Shown piece after piece: positions 50,351-60,090 of a stretch of 64,000 bases of DNA. How positions within the stretch are numbered: position 1 is the first letter of the stretch; each line of letters opens with the position of its first letter. The notes under the pieces are model-generated. The model was given only the letters and a program-made list of their open reading frames with translations. It was not told where the DNA came from and searched no databases. The translations under genes and the position numbers were made by a program. The stretch is from Candidatus Bathyarchaeota archaeon (lineage in GTDB: Archaea > Thermoproteota > Bathyarchaeia > Bathyarchaeales > Bathycorpusculaceae): NCBI GenBank assembly GCA_963768425.1, contig CAVYHV010000006.1, positions 256,129 through 320,128 of the forward strand, written 5' to 3'.

Positions 50351-51520
50351 CTATTGTCCGACTCCGATGGAGTTGCCGACACCGACGATTATGACTTTGT
50401 CCCCTTCTTTGGTTCTCTCTAAGACGACCGCTCTTATTCGTTCAATGGCTTTGTCGACTGCATCGTTGATTTCTTTGCGCATAGGTGAAACTGCGTCGCC
50501 GATGTCTTCCTTAATTATTATCGCGTAGTTTGGGATCTTGTATTTTGTGAGTTTATCTTCAATTTTGTATTGGTCTACTCCTGGTCCGCCGATTGCTGCG
50601 CCAATTCCTTCTGCAACTTCGCCGACGTCTTCGCCTTCTAGCTTTAAGCCTGCATCAATCATTATTACATTGGCGATTTTGCCTTCGTTTTCTTCGATGA
50701 CTGCTTCAACTGCGTCGCCTGGTTTTCCGACGTTTCCGCCTGGGCCTTCGGCTTTTATGATTAAGGCTGTGCGTCCTGCAAAAGGAACTGTTGCCATGAC
50801 GCAGTCTTTTGGTAGTTTACGTGTTTCATAGCCGTGCATGAGTTTTGCTGCTATCAGTGGGCCTGCTCCGTCGCCGATTGGTTGTCCGTACGCGAAGGCT
50901 TTAAGGGCGCTTGCGTATGCCTCGGCTTCTTTCATAACCATTGGCAAAATCATTTGTAGCTGCATTATGACGTAGAGGCTTAGTGTTTTTTTGCCTTGTA
51001 TGTAGTAGTGTCTGACGACTTTGTAGATGAAGTTTAGTGCCATTGCGGCTTCCAAAGTGTTTTCTAAATTGTTTATCTGGACTTCGTCGCTTGCAGGCGC
51101 CATCAGTTTGACTTCATCTTTCATGCGTTCGTCTCTGACGTCAAGGATGTGGTCAAGTTTGTAGACGACTCCGGATGGATCCATGTTTTGGGGTCCAATC
51201 GTGAAGTACTCTAAGAATCGGTCAACACGAGCCGAAGGGTCAGCGGTTGGTTTGCCAATTTCTTTTATGGCTTCGATGGTGACTTTTCGGCCTTCTTCTT
51301 TGATGTACTTGAGTTTATGAAGCGAGTTCTCTACCTCGCGGATCATAACGTACATTTGGATTCTTTGACCGTAGAAAATCAAAACTATGAAGAACACGTA
51401 TGAAAGTAAACTCAGGTATGTTAGCCACGTGTTTGAGCTGCCGCCAAGTTGACTTGCATGGACTGGCAGGGCTACTGTCATTACTCGAGTAAATGCCTCG
51501 GCTATTGGAATAAGACTCAA
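50351..51520 (-). CDS. DUF1512 family protein
   Basis: N-terminal TM, PIGDGAGP, KAEGPG, IDAGLKLEGE, GVGNSIGVGQ. Confidence 0.85.
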   Translation of the reverse strand: MSLIPIAEAFTRVMTVALPVHASQLGGSSNTWLTYLSLLSYVFFIVLIFYGQRIQMYVMIREVENSLHKLKYIKEEGRKVTIEAIKEIGKPTADPSARVDRFLEYFTIGPQNMDPSGVVYKLDHILDVRDERMKDEVKLMAPASDEVQINNLENTLEAAMALNFIYKVVRHYYIQGKKTLSLYVIMQLQMILPMVMKEAEAYASALKAFAYGQPIGDGAGPLIAAKLMHGYETRKLPKDCVMATVPFAGRTALIIKAEGPGGNVGKPGDAVEAVIEENEGKIANVIMIDAGLKLEGEDVGEVAEGIGAAIGGPGVDQYKIEDKLTKYKIPNYAIIIKEDIGDAVSPMRKEINDAVDKAIERIRAVVLERTKEGDKVIIVGVGNSIGVGQ

Positions 51521-51603
51521 ATGTTACACCACTTCTCAAAAACAATTAAAGCTTAGTTATAAAGCTATGCCAAATCTACCCGCGAAATTTTAGGGAGAAA
51601 AGT

Positions 51604-51725
51604 GGTTGCCAGCTTTCCCAGGTTCACGTGGCCGAAGACCACACTACAGCTGGAAACGGAGCACAGTTTAACTTCTGAGTTCGGAATGGGATCAGGTGGA
51701 ACCCGTGCCCTTTGACCGGCAGACC
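51604..51725 (-). rRNA. rrf: 5S rRNA (stand-alone)
   Basis: Minus strand GGTCTGCCGGTCAAAGG...CCTGATCCCATTCCGAACTCAGAAGTTAAAC...GCTGGCAACC; conserved loop C/CCGAAC, terminal helix, about 122 nt. Confidence 0.93.
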
Positions 51726-51748
51726 AACCATTACACCTAAACAATGCA

Positions 51749-51763
51749 TTATTAACCTTTCGC
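51749..51763 (-). promoter_or_regulatory. BRE-TATA promoter of 5S rRNA
   Basis: Minus strand GCGAAAGGTTAATAA about 24 nt upstream of the 5S 5' end. Confidence 0.6.
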
Positions 51764-51922
51764 TTTTTGCCTGCTTCTTCCTTGGGAAAAACATGGAATT
51801 TCGTATGAACGCGGTTTTTCTTCAATTTTAGTCTGCTATACCCTTCGTATTGTGTTTCCTATGGCAGGGAGCGAAGAAAATTTAAGACAACCAAAGTAAT
51901 AGGTTGTTGGGGAACGAATGGA

Positions 51923-52528
51923 ATGCTTGATTCGAGAAAAAGAAGAAAGCTCCGAATAGGCGGATTCACCGGTATATTAGCACCTGTACTTGCGTTCACC
52001 TGCATACTATTATCTGTGGCGTCTGACCCCAAATTTAGTTGGACAAATAACGCCTTAAGCGATCTGGGCGTTGTAACAGGCGTCACAGGACCCCTTTTCA
52101 ATTTTGGACTCTACGCCAGCGGGCTCTTAGGGCTCAACTTTGCTCTGCTTGGTTTGTTTAGCTATCTTAGGAAAAGCTTAGTCGGGAAAGTTGGCGCTTC
52201 TGCCTTTTCAGCGGCAACAATAGCGCTTATCGGCATCGGCGTTTTTAACGAAAGCTTCTCTGGAACCCACTACGACTTCTCGGTAGCATTTTTTGTCCTG
52301 GCGCCCATTTCATTATTCATTATTTCAGCCGCGTTTGCTGTTGCAAAGGAGAAATGGCTATCAGTTTTTGCAGTATCAATTGGAGTTATTGCTGCTTTGC
52401 CTTGGCTTCTTCTGTTTGCTTTTACCTATGTTGCGGGAGTAGCTATCCCGGAAACTATTTCAGGGCTTGCTGTTTCAGCCTGGATTATCACACTTGGTTT
52501 CAGAATGGTAAAACAAGCTAAACAATAA
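51923..52528 (+). CDS. DUF998 family membrane protein
   Basis: FSWTNNALSDLG, LFNFGL, GVFNE...H, AIPE. Confidence 0.82.
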   Translation: MLDSRKRRKLRIGGFTGILAPVLAFTCILLSVASDPKFSWTNNALSDLGVVTGVTGPLFNFGLYASGLLGLNFALLGLFSYLRKSLVGKVGASAFSAATIALIGIGVFNESFSGTHYDFSVAFFVLAPISLFIISAAFAVAKEKWLSVFAVSIGVIAALPWLLLFAFTYVAGVAIPETISGLAVSAWIITLGFRMVKQAKQ

Positions 52529-53530
52529 TTACTTCGTGTTTTTTATGGCGACATCCAAGTACATCTGAGCGCAGCAAAAAGACGAAAACGATGTCTTCCA
52601 GCCTTTCTCATTAGAGTACTTGACGGCTTCCTCACTGGGAAAAGCGATGGCATCAACCCCCGCCTTCAACGCTAAAACGTCAGTTTCCCCTCGCGCCTTG
52701 CCTTTAGGTCTCATACAACCAAGAATCAACGGCACCTTTGGAAACATCAGGCGGGCTGCGGCGGCGACTTTAGCTATGTCCCAGGGCTTGGGCGGCGTCG
52801 TTTTCTCCATAGCTGTCCCCCGAATAGGCATGAACGCTATCAAAACAACTGCAGAAGGCTTCACGGCAGCTACCATTCTAAGCGCGTCTAATTCCCCGTC
52901 CAGTTTGCCCTCGTTTAACCCAACGATGACGTGGGGTACAAAGTTTAGCTTCGACTTGTCAAGAGCCTTCAGTGAGTCAACGTAGTCTTGGGGGGTTATG
53001 TTTAGGCTGAGGGTTTTCTTTATTGTTTCAGCTGAGCCGATGACGTCAATCAACGCGGCGTCGACTCCAGCCTTCTTGAGCGCAACAGCCGTTTTAGACG
53101 TAATTACTCCTGTGTGTACAAAAACGGTTAAGCCGAGTTCCGCCTTCACCTTCTCGATTGCATCTGCGAACACGTCAAGGGGTACTGAACCGTCGGGCAG
53201 GCATCCCCCGCTGACAAGACAGCCTACGGCGCCCTTCTGCTTAAGCTTCGCACATAAATCAAACAATTCCGAAGGCGAGAGCGCGGGATGCATGGTTTCG
53301 AGGACTTTGCCGCCGCAGTGCTTGCAGTTCAGCGCGCAGCTAGTTCCCGTCACAGAAATCGTTGGGAAACTCGACGGGGAAGAGCAGAAAAATTTTGTTT
53401 TGTAGTAGGAGAAGCTTGGCGCGTAAAAGCGGATTTCTCGGGTTTGACGCTTGTAAAACCCCGTTTCCAGCATGTTTAGCAGTTCTTTTTTGTTTAGTTT
53501 CCAGATTGTTTCGGGGGAGGGCAGCGGCAT
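52529..53530 (-). CDS. lipS1: Radical SAM protein, archaeal lipoyl synthase component LipS1-like
   Basis: SVTGTSCALNCKHC, GCMRP and C-terminal CC motifs. Confidence 0.8.
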   Translation of the reverse strand: MPLPSPETIWKLNKKELLNMLETGFYKRQTREIRFYAPSFSYYKTKFFCSSPSSFPTISVTGTSCALNCKHCGGKVLETMHPALSPSELFDLCAKLKQKGAVGCLVSGGCLPDGSVPLDVFADAIEKVKAELGLTVFVHTGVITSKTAVALKKAGVDAALIDVIGSAETIKKTLSLNITPQDYVDSLKALDKSKLNFVPHVIVGLNEGKLDGELDALRMVAAVKPSAVVLIAFMPIRGTAMEKTTPPKPWDIAKVAAAARLMFPKVPLILGCMRPKGKARGETDVLALKAGVDAIAFPSEEAVKYSNEKGWKTSFSSFCCAQMYLDVAIKNTK

Positions 53531-53700
53531 GTTTTTCAGTTTAAGAATTCTGTGTCTCGCTTAATAGTTTAGTGTCGCTTCTGTGCTTTTGTTTATTGTT
53601 TCGGCGTTCGTGAGCGATTTTTGTGTGGTGGAAAATTCTGTGATTTTTTTGTTTGTGTTTTGGGTTGCTTTTCTTGTTTAGGGCTCGGATTGTCTGCAGG

Positions 53701-53780
53701 TTGAGTCAAAAAAAGTCAAGGAAAGTCAAAATAAGTTAAGAAAAGTTAAAAAAAGTCAAAATAAGTGAATAAAAGTCAAA
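53701..53780. repeat. Eight tandem 10-bp units, consensus AAAAGTCAAA
   Basis: ttgagtcaaa aaaagtcaag gaaagtcaaa ataagttaag aaaagttaaa aaaagtcaaa ataagtgaat aaaagtcaaa. Confidence 0.85.
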
Positions 53781-53854
53781 GGACTAACCGGCTTCTTAAC
53801 TAAAATCTGCAGAGTTTGATTTTTCCAAATAAAAAAAAGAGTGAAAACTAAAGT

Positions 53855-54418
53855 TTAAGCCACTTTGACTTTCCGTTTTTGTTTTGGTGTCTTTTTAGGA
53901 AGCGTAATTTCCAGAACACCCGCAGCGAGATCGGCGCTAACTTCATCCGATTTTATTTCTTCAGGCAAATCCACTACTCTGTAGAATGTTTTGCACGCAC
54001 GTTCTTTACATAAATACTCATGCTCTTTCTTATCGTATTTCCATCCCACAGCGCCCGTAATTACAACAGAATTTTCGTCCACGTCAATTTCGATGTCCTC
54101 TTTTTTGAAACCAGGCATTTCCGCTTTCAAACGGTAATCTTTTTCATTGTCTTCAACATCTACAGCGGGAACTCGCGTTTCAGGCAAAATCGACATCGCC
54201 TTATCCCAATACGATGGGAAAATGACGTCTTCAAAATCCCTTCTGAACCGCTCGAAAGTGTCGTCAAAGGCTTGATAAAGATCTGAAGGATCAATTGGAG
54301 CCAAAGTACTTGAGGTTTTTCGGGCTTTGCTTATCGAAGATGGCTTTTTCTTTGCAATTGTTATCTCGGTTTTTTTAGAAGTTTCCTCTTTTTCGACTGG
54401 TTTTTTCTTTTCAGCCAT
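53855..54418 (-). CDS. Small heat shock protein (Hsp20/alpha-crystallin)
   Basis: PAVDVED, AEMPGFKKEDI, FYRVVDLP, GVLEITLPK; start moved to ATG 54418. Confidence 0.93.
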   Translation of the reverse strand: MAEKKKPVEKEETSKKTEITIAKKKPSSISKARKTSSTLAPIDPSDLYQAFDDTFERFRRDFEDVIFPSYWDKAMSILPETRVPAVDVEDNEKDYRLKAEMPGFKKEDIEIDVDENSVVITGAVGWKYDKKEHEYLCKERACKTFYRVVDLPEEIKSDEVSADLAAGVLEITLPKKTPKQKRKVKVA

Positions 54419-54631
54419 TAAAAATCGCCTATTTATAGAAATGTGTTTGCCAAGATTTATTTTTTTCTTTTTTGTTACTTTGTGGGCGATAACTGTGATT
54501 ACATGAAGGTGAGAGAGCAAAGGCGGCGGCCACCTGATTGGTTGTGAGTTCAGTTTGTGACAACATCATTTTATATTTATTTTAAGCCATAGTCGAAAGC
54601 AAGAAGTGTAAAACTAAAGGCAACGGTTGGT

Positions 54632-54720
54632 TTGAGCGGGTTCGGCAGCTAATACCCAATAAAGTGTTCCCCTAAAACTTTTACACTTTACTGTATTAGC
54701 GCTCGGCTAAATCTGCTTAA
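54632..54720. other. Long imperfect hairpin between divergent hsp20 and marR
   Basis: GCTAATAC/GTATTAGC and TAAAGTGT/ACACTTTA nested perfect stems; outer TTGAGCGGG/TCTGCTTAA with G-U pairs. Confidence 0.5.
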
Positions 54721-54794
54721 CACTATTTTTGCCCTCAAATTCATTTTCGCGGAGTTTATGCGGGGAATGCTGGACTGTATGCGTAATATTAAAT

Positions 54795-54815
54795 AATTAG
54801 TTAGATAAACTAATT
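54795..54815. promoter_or_regulatory. Palindromic operator, probably MarR autoregulation site
   Basis: AATTAGTT-agata-AACTAATT perfect 8-5-8 inverted repeat just upstream of marR ATG 54835. Confidence 0.7.
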
Positions 54816-54834
54816 GTTAGAAGATGCAACTAAT

Positions 54835-55296
54835 ATGACTTTATCCCCAGAAGAGGCTGCCCATGAGCTACTCGAGGTAATTCCAATCGTCATGAGAGAA
54901 ATACGCTCTGAAATGCGCAGCCGAAGATCACCAGACCTAACGGTTCCTCAATTTCGTACCCTCGCTTTTGTAAACCGAAACGTGGGTTCCTCACTTCTAG
55001 AAGTAGCAAACCATCTAGGGCTAACCCCGCCCTCCACGTCTAGGCTGGTGGATGGTTTGATTGTTCGTAGCCTGATGACAAGGGAAGATCATCCTGCTGA
55101 CAGGCGACGCGTCAAATTAACAATCACTCATCTTGGACAAAAAATCTTGGAAACTTCGCGTCAAGATGCTCTAACCTACTTGGTAGGCAAACTGAACAGG
55201 ATTAATGCTGATGACCGAGAAGTCATAGTTAAAGCCATGAAAGCTCTGCAACCCATCTTCACTGAAGGCGTAAAAACTGAAACGGTGAGGAAGTAA
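54835..55296 (+). CDS. MarR-family regulator
   Basis: LTVPQFRTL, LTPPSTSRLVDGL, DRRRVKLTITHLG. Confidence 0.93.
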   Translation: MTLSPEEAAHELLEVIPIVMREIRSEMRSRRSPDLTVPQFRTLAFVNRNVGSSLLEVANHLGLTPPSTSRLVDGLIVRSLMTREDHPADRRRVKLTITHLGQKILETSRQDALTYLVGKLNRINADDREVIVKAMKALQPIFTEGVKTETVRK

Positions 55297-55299
55297 ATC

Positions 55300-56097
55300 A
55301 TGGCTATTCTCACAACCGAGCACCTTACTCGTCGCTTCGGAGAGCTGACGGCGGTTGATGACTTATCAATATCGGTTGAGGAAGGTGAAATATTCGGTCT
55401 ACTTGGCCCAAACGGCGCCGGTAAATCAACAGCCATCAAAATGATCATCACCCTTTTGCCTCCATCTGCTGGCCGCGTAACTGTAGGAGGGTTCGATTTA
55501 GTGCATAACGCAAGCCAGATAAGAAGACTTATTGGCTATGTACCTCAAATCCTCTCAGCTGATGGCACCCTAACCGCACGCGAGAACCTCATGGTTTTTG
55601 CGAAGTTATATGATATTCCAAGAAGTGAACGTTCCAAACGAATCCATGAATCCTTGGCTTTAATGGAGCTCACTGATGCTTCTGACAAGCTTGTGAAAAA
55701 TTTTTCGGGCGGTATGATTAGACGTTTAGAAATTGCGCAGTCCATGCTGCATCGACCTAAAGTCTTGTTCCTGGATGAACCAACTATAGGTCTTGATCCG
55801 GTCGGACGGAAAACAGTTTGGGATCACATTCAAAAACTGCGAAGTAGCTTTGGCACCACCATTTTTCTAACTACCCATTATATGGAAGAGGCAGACAAAC
55901 TTTGTTCCAGAGTAGCGATTATGCACTTAGGAAAATTGGCTGTTATTGGTGCACCAGCTGATTTGAAGAGGTCTCTGAACGTGGAGGAAGCGACGCTTGA
56001 AGACGTGTTTACCCACTACACTGGGGGGCTTCTAGATAGGGGAGACAGCTACAGGGAAGCCAGGGCGACAAGACGCACTGCAAAGAGGCTCGGATAA
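55300..56097 (+). CDS. ABC exporter ATP-binding subunit (DrrA-like)
   Basis: GPNGAGKS, FSGGM, LDEPT, TTHYM. Confidence 0.94.
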   Translation: MAILTTEHLTRRFGELTAVDDLSISVEEGEIFGLLGPNGAGKSTAIKMIITLLPPSAGRVTVGGFDLVHNASQIRRLIGYVPQILSADGTLTARENLMVFAKLYDIPRSERSKRIHESLALMELTDASDKLVKNFSGGMIRRLEIAQSMLHRPKVLFLDEPTIGLDPVGRKTVWDHIQKLRSSFGTTIFLTTHYMEEADKLCSRVAIMHLGKLAVIGAPADLKRSLNVEEATLEDVFTHYTGGLLDRGDSYREARATRRTAKRLG

Positions 56098-56904
56098 ATG
56101 GCTGCAAACAAATTAAAAAATGCTGGTAACTCGATTAGTTGTTTCTTCAGTAAGACGTTGAGCATAGCTGAAATGGATGTACGAAAGCTTCGCCATGACC
56201 CAACAGAACTGATTACTCGCGCCGTGCAACCTGCACTTTGGCTGCTGGTCTTTGGAGAAGTTTTCACAAGAGTGCATATTATCTCGACGGGTAATTTGCC
56301 GTATATATCGTTCATGGCGCCTGGAATTCTGGCTCAAAGCGTGCTTTTCATAGCAATCTTCTATGGCATAGCTGTCATATGGGAACGAGATCTGGGGATT
56401 CTCCATAAATTCTTGGTCAGTCCTACTCCTCGGGAAGCGCTTGTCCTGGGAAAAGCTTTGTCCGCAGGAGTCCGTGCTCTTTCCCAAGTAATAATCATAT
56501 ATGCTCTGGCTGTACTGATTGGAATTGGCATCAACTGGAACCCAATAAATCTAACGCTGGTTGCAGTCGTTGCAATATTAGCCTCGGCTTTATTCTCAAC
56601 GTTTTCACTGATTATTGCATCGCTGGTGAAGACTCGAGAACGCTTTATGGGTATAGGCCAAATTCTTACTATGCCTCTGTTTTTTGCTAGCAACGCGATA
56701 TATCCGCTTTCTATGATGCCAACTTGGCTGCAAGTAGCTGCGCGTGTTAATCCACTCACTTACGCGGTAGATGCGTTACGCGGTCTCATGATTACCGGTG
56801 GGACAAGCACATATGGCGTTGGCTTGGACTTGTCTGTGCTTTTCGTAGGCGTGGTAATTTTGATAGTGATTGGAGCAAAGTTGTATCCGAAAGTGATCGT
56901 TTGA
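56098..56904 (+). CDS. ABC-2 type permease (DrrB-like)
   Basis: QPALWLLVFG, APGIL, WERDLG, PLFFAS, NPLTYAVDALR. Confidence 0.93.
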   Translation: MAANKLKNAGNSISCFFSKTLSIAEMDVRKLRHDPTELITRAVQPALWLLVFGEVFTRVHIISTGNLPYISFMAPGILAQSVLFIAIFYGIAVIWERDLGILHKFLVSPTPREALVLGKALSAGVRALSQVIIIYALAVLIGIGINWNPINLTLVAVVAILASALFSTFSLIIASLVKTRERFMGIGQILTMPLFFASNAIYPLSMMPTWLQVAARVNPLTYAVDALRGLMITGGTSTYGVGLDLSVLFVGVVILIVIGAKLYPKVIV

Positions 56905-57055
56905 AGCTCAATCTTGATTAGACTTTGTCAGCTTAATTTGAACGTTTTCAATAATTTTGAGCATATTCTTGTTTTTGATCTATTTTGACTCTTGAAACAT
57001 CTCTTATATTGTGACTCTCGACATCATAAGTTAACTAAAAAGGAGAAGGAAAAAC

Positions 57056-58816
57056 ATGCAAAAAAAACAAATCGTAATGATAGCATTTCTAGTTGCCTTA
57101 TCAATCAGCGCATTTACAAGCATTCAAGTAAAAGGCTGCGAAACAAACGGCACATACAGCGCAAGCATATCGCCAACGACAACCGATGCAAGTCTAGCTC
57201 ACATATCGTACACCATGACATTTACGAACACCGGCAGCACCAGCATGGGCTCCGGAACTATAACGATCCCCTCAGGCTACAGCGCCGTTGCATTGACTAG
57301 CGTAACAGCATCAGGAGGACAAACATGGACAGGATCAATATCCTCGTCTACAATAAGCTTTTCAGCGAGTTCTTCCAGCGGAGAAATAACCACCAGCCAA
57401 ACTGTAAAGGTGGTTTTGACTGCGACAAATCCAGCTTCTGCAGGTTCATACACCTGGAAAACCGCTGCTTACAGCGGAATAAGCCAAAGCGGAACAGCAT
57501 TTACTGCAGATCCAGTAACGGTAACTGTGAATGATGCTCCAACTGTTAGTCTGTCGCCTTCTTTGTGGACAATGGAGACAAATCAGCAAGAGACCTTCAC
57601 AGCAACTGCTTCTAGCGGTTCAGGTACCTACGCAAGCTACCAATGGTATGTAGATGGAACAGCTCAAAGCGGTCAGACAGCTTCAACATTTAGTTTTGGT
57701 CCTGCTTCCGAAGGCTCTTACTCCATTACTGCAACAGTTACTGACAGCTTAGGTGCAACTTCGGCTCCGTCTTCAGCTGCAACAGTCACGGTGAATCAAC
57801 TTACAATAACAGTCACTCAAACTGCTAATGGTTTGATTACTCCAGGAACAAGCAACGTTAACAATGGCGACACTCCAACATTCAACATCACACCTGCCCA
57901 TGGTTACTATATCTCAACCATAACTGCTGACGGTTCGGCAGTGCCCATCACTTCGCCATCGGGTCAAGCTTACCAGTTTAGCCCAGTTTCAGCTAACGGT
58001 TCATTGACTGCAACTTTCGCCATCAACACATACAACCTCATTGTTAACGTCGGCGTCGGCGGTTCCTCAAATATTGCTTCCCAAGCAGTAAACTCGGGTT
58101 CAGTAGAGAACTTTGCATTCACTCCAAACACAGGCTACAGTGTCTCCGACGTCATAGTCAACGGAACCATTGATAAAGAAGCCGTCAGCACTTTGAGTCT
58201 GACAATTAATGGCGATACCACGGTCAGTGTAAGTTTTGCACTCAACACCTACACAATCACAGTTAATCAAGGCGCTAACGGAGTCATTGCACCAGGAACA
58301 TCCACAGTTAATTACGGCGCTACACCAAGCTTCACAATCACACCAAACGCTGGCTACTACATCGCGAGCATAACTGCAAACGGCTCAGCAGTGACAGTTA
58401 CTTCATCTTCTGGTCAGACTTACCAGTTTAGCCCAGTTTCAGCCAATGATTTAATAACCGCAACTTTTGCGTCGAGCAGCAACACACAAACTTCAACTCC
58501 AACCCCAACTCCAACGCCAACACCCGCTGCAGCGGCCCCTCAAACACAAACAATCACGCCAACTCCAACACCGACAGTGAAACCAACCCCAACACCAACA
58601 GTCAAACCAACTCCAACACACACACCAACACCGGCTCCAACACAAGTTCCGACCGCTACACCACACACAACACCTCGACCAACGCCATTATATGTCGTAC
58701 TTATCGCCGTCATAACCTTCGCAGCAATCATCATCCTATTGCTACTCATGCTAGCTGTCAGACGTTCAAAACAAAAAATAAACAAGGCACTACCAAACCC
58801 TCAAACACCCCTTTAA
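57056..58816 (+). CDS. Secreted Thr/Ser-rich surface protein with Ig/PKD-like and repeated beta-sandwich modules, Pro-Thr linker and C-terminal TM anchor
   Basis: Signal peptide; YQWYVDG...[11 protein letters not shown]; three TITV..G..GY modules; (PT)n linker; TM followed by RRSK. Confidence 0.85.
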   Translation: MQKKQIVMIAFLVALSISAFTSIQVKGCETNGTYSASISPTTTDASLAHISYTMTFTNTGSTSMGSGTITIPSGYSAVALTSVTASGGQTWTGSISSSTISFSASSSSGEITTSQTVKVVLTATNPASAGSYTWKTAAYSGISQSGTAFTADPVTVTVNDAPTVSLSPSLWTMETNQQETFTATASSGSGTYASYQWYVDGTAQSGQTASTFSFGPASEGSYSITATVTDSLGATSAPSSAATVTVNQLTITVTQTANGLITPGTSNVNNGDTPTFNITPAHGYYISTITADGSAVPITSPSGQAYQFSPVSANGSLTATFAINTYNLIVNVGVGGSSNIASQAVNSGSVENFAFTPNTGYSVSDVIVNGTIDKEAVSTLSLTINGDTTVSVSFALNTYTITVNQGANGVIAPGTSTVNYGATPSFTITPNAGYYIASITANGSAVTVTSSSGQTYQFSPVSANDLITATFASSSNTQTSTPTPTPTPTPAAAAPQTQTITPTPTPTVKPTPTPTVKPTPTHTPTPAPTQVPTATPHTTPRPTPLYVVLIAVITFAAIIILLLLMLAVRRSKQKINKALPNPQTPL

Positions 58817-58918
58817 CAGCCCATTTTTCTCGGGCTCTTTTTCTTAATTTTTTGGGCTTTTTCTTAACTTCTGTTTTTTAAGAGAAAATTTTTATGTGAA
58901 TAAACATCACTTTATATT

Positions 58919-59896
58919 ATGACTAAATTCCTTTCTTGCGGGGAACTTTATGAAACAATCCAACAAAAATCCATTGAAGTCAAAGAGATTTTCTGGGTAT
59001 CCTCCCCGTATCTTGGATTAGATGCGCACAAAATTTTTTCCCAAGAGATCTTGAAGAATCCTCCCTCAGATATGCGATTCGTTTTCAGAGTTGACGAAGC
59101 CGCTGTCAAAAGAGGGAAAGTCAATCCCTATGAAATACAGTATTTCATCGAGCATTTTAAGAGCGGCAGTGTAAGGTCGCTTGAGGGTTTTCATTCGAAC
59201 ATTTACATTTTTGACAATGCTGCTTTGATCACTTCAGCAAGTTTGACAAAAACTGCTTTCGAAAACAACGTTGAAAGTGGAGTGCTTCTTGAAGGGACAG
59301 AAACAGATGTAGTAAAGAGCTTTTTTGATCAAAGTCTTTGGAACCAAGCAAAAACGGTAAGCGACTTAAAAAAGCTCAAGCAAACATGGAACATGTCCCA
59401 AAAGACTGCAAAGAGCAGTAATCTGAAGAAGCTAAAGCCTCACACAATAATCAAAGATTGGACCAATAATTACGGCTGCACATGGTACATAGGTATCCTC
59501 AACCGAATTCCGGCAAAAACCGAACGCAAGATAAAAAAAGAAACAAATTGGCCACCAAAGGTCTCGCTGGTCGGAGACGTCGGGTACAACTGCTTCAAAG
59601 AAATTAAACGCGGCGACCTAGCTTACATAACAGACTTGAGCAAAAAACGCGGCAAAATAGAAATTGAATTGGTACGAATCTTCGACAAAAGCAAGGTAGA
59701 AACAGATCAAGGAGATCTTCATCTCGCCATTGAACCAGAACATACCTATTCACTGGAGAGGCAGCAATTCTATGAAATGCTAAGTAAAGCTGACATCAAA
59801 TCTAGAAGCTGTGAAAAATCCCTAAGTGGGGACCAGCTAAAAATAATTGTCGATACGCTCGCTTCTATCAAGCGCAAAAGGAAACCTAAATCTTAG
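58919..59896 (+). CDS. PLD-like (degenerate HKD) domain fused to a putative EVE/PUA-like domain
   Basis: VSSPYL, FHSNIYIFD..ALITSASLT...NVESGV; C-terminal TWYI...FKEIKRGDLAYI. Confidence 0.7.
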   Translation: MTKFLSCGELYETIQQKSIEVKEIFWVSSPYLGLDAHKIFSQEILKNPPSDMRFVFRVDEAAVKRGKVNPYEIQYFIEHFKSGSVRSLEGFHSNIYIFDNAALITSASLTKTAFENNVESGVLLEGTETDVVKSFFDQSLWNQAKTVSDLKKLKQTWNMSQKTAKSSNLKKLKPHTIIKDWTNNYGCTWYIGILNRIPAKTERKIKKETNWPPKVSLVGDVGYNCFKEIKRGDLAYITDLSKKRGKIEIELVRIFDKSKVETDQGDLHLAIEPEHTYSLERQQFYEMLSKADIKSRSCEKSLSGDQLKIIVDTLASIKRKRKPKS

Positions 59897-60090
59897 ACCT
59901 ATCTCTTTCAAATTGTTTTTTCTCTCCTTGTCTCAATCTTTCCACTGGCCTGACATTGCTTGCTCAGACATGGTCAACGTAGGCTCCTGAAGATGCCTTC
60001 TGTTTTTCAAGGCATTCCAAGCCAGATTTCTGCGGTTTTTTGCTTCTGTTTTTGTGTATTGATTTTTGCATTTTCATGTCCCCTGATGGT

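Noticed and set aside
51565-51825. 86-aa minus-strand ORF
   Set aside because: Shadow of the 5S rRNA gene and its promoter
53701-53780. Possible CRISPR array (also considered for 61035-61303)
   Set aside because: No 25-40-bp identical repeats separated by unique spacers; no cas genes in the window
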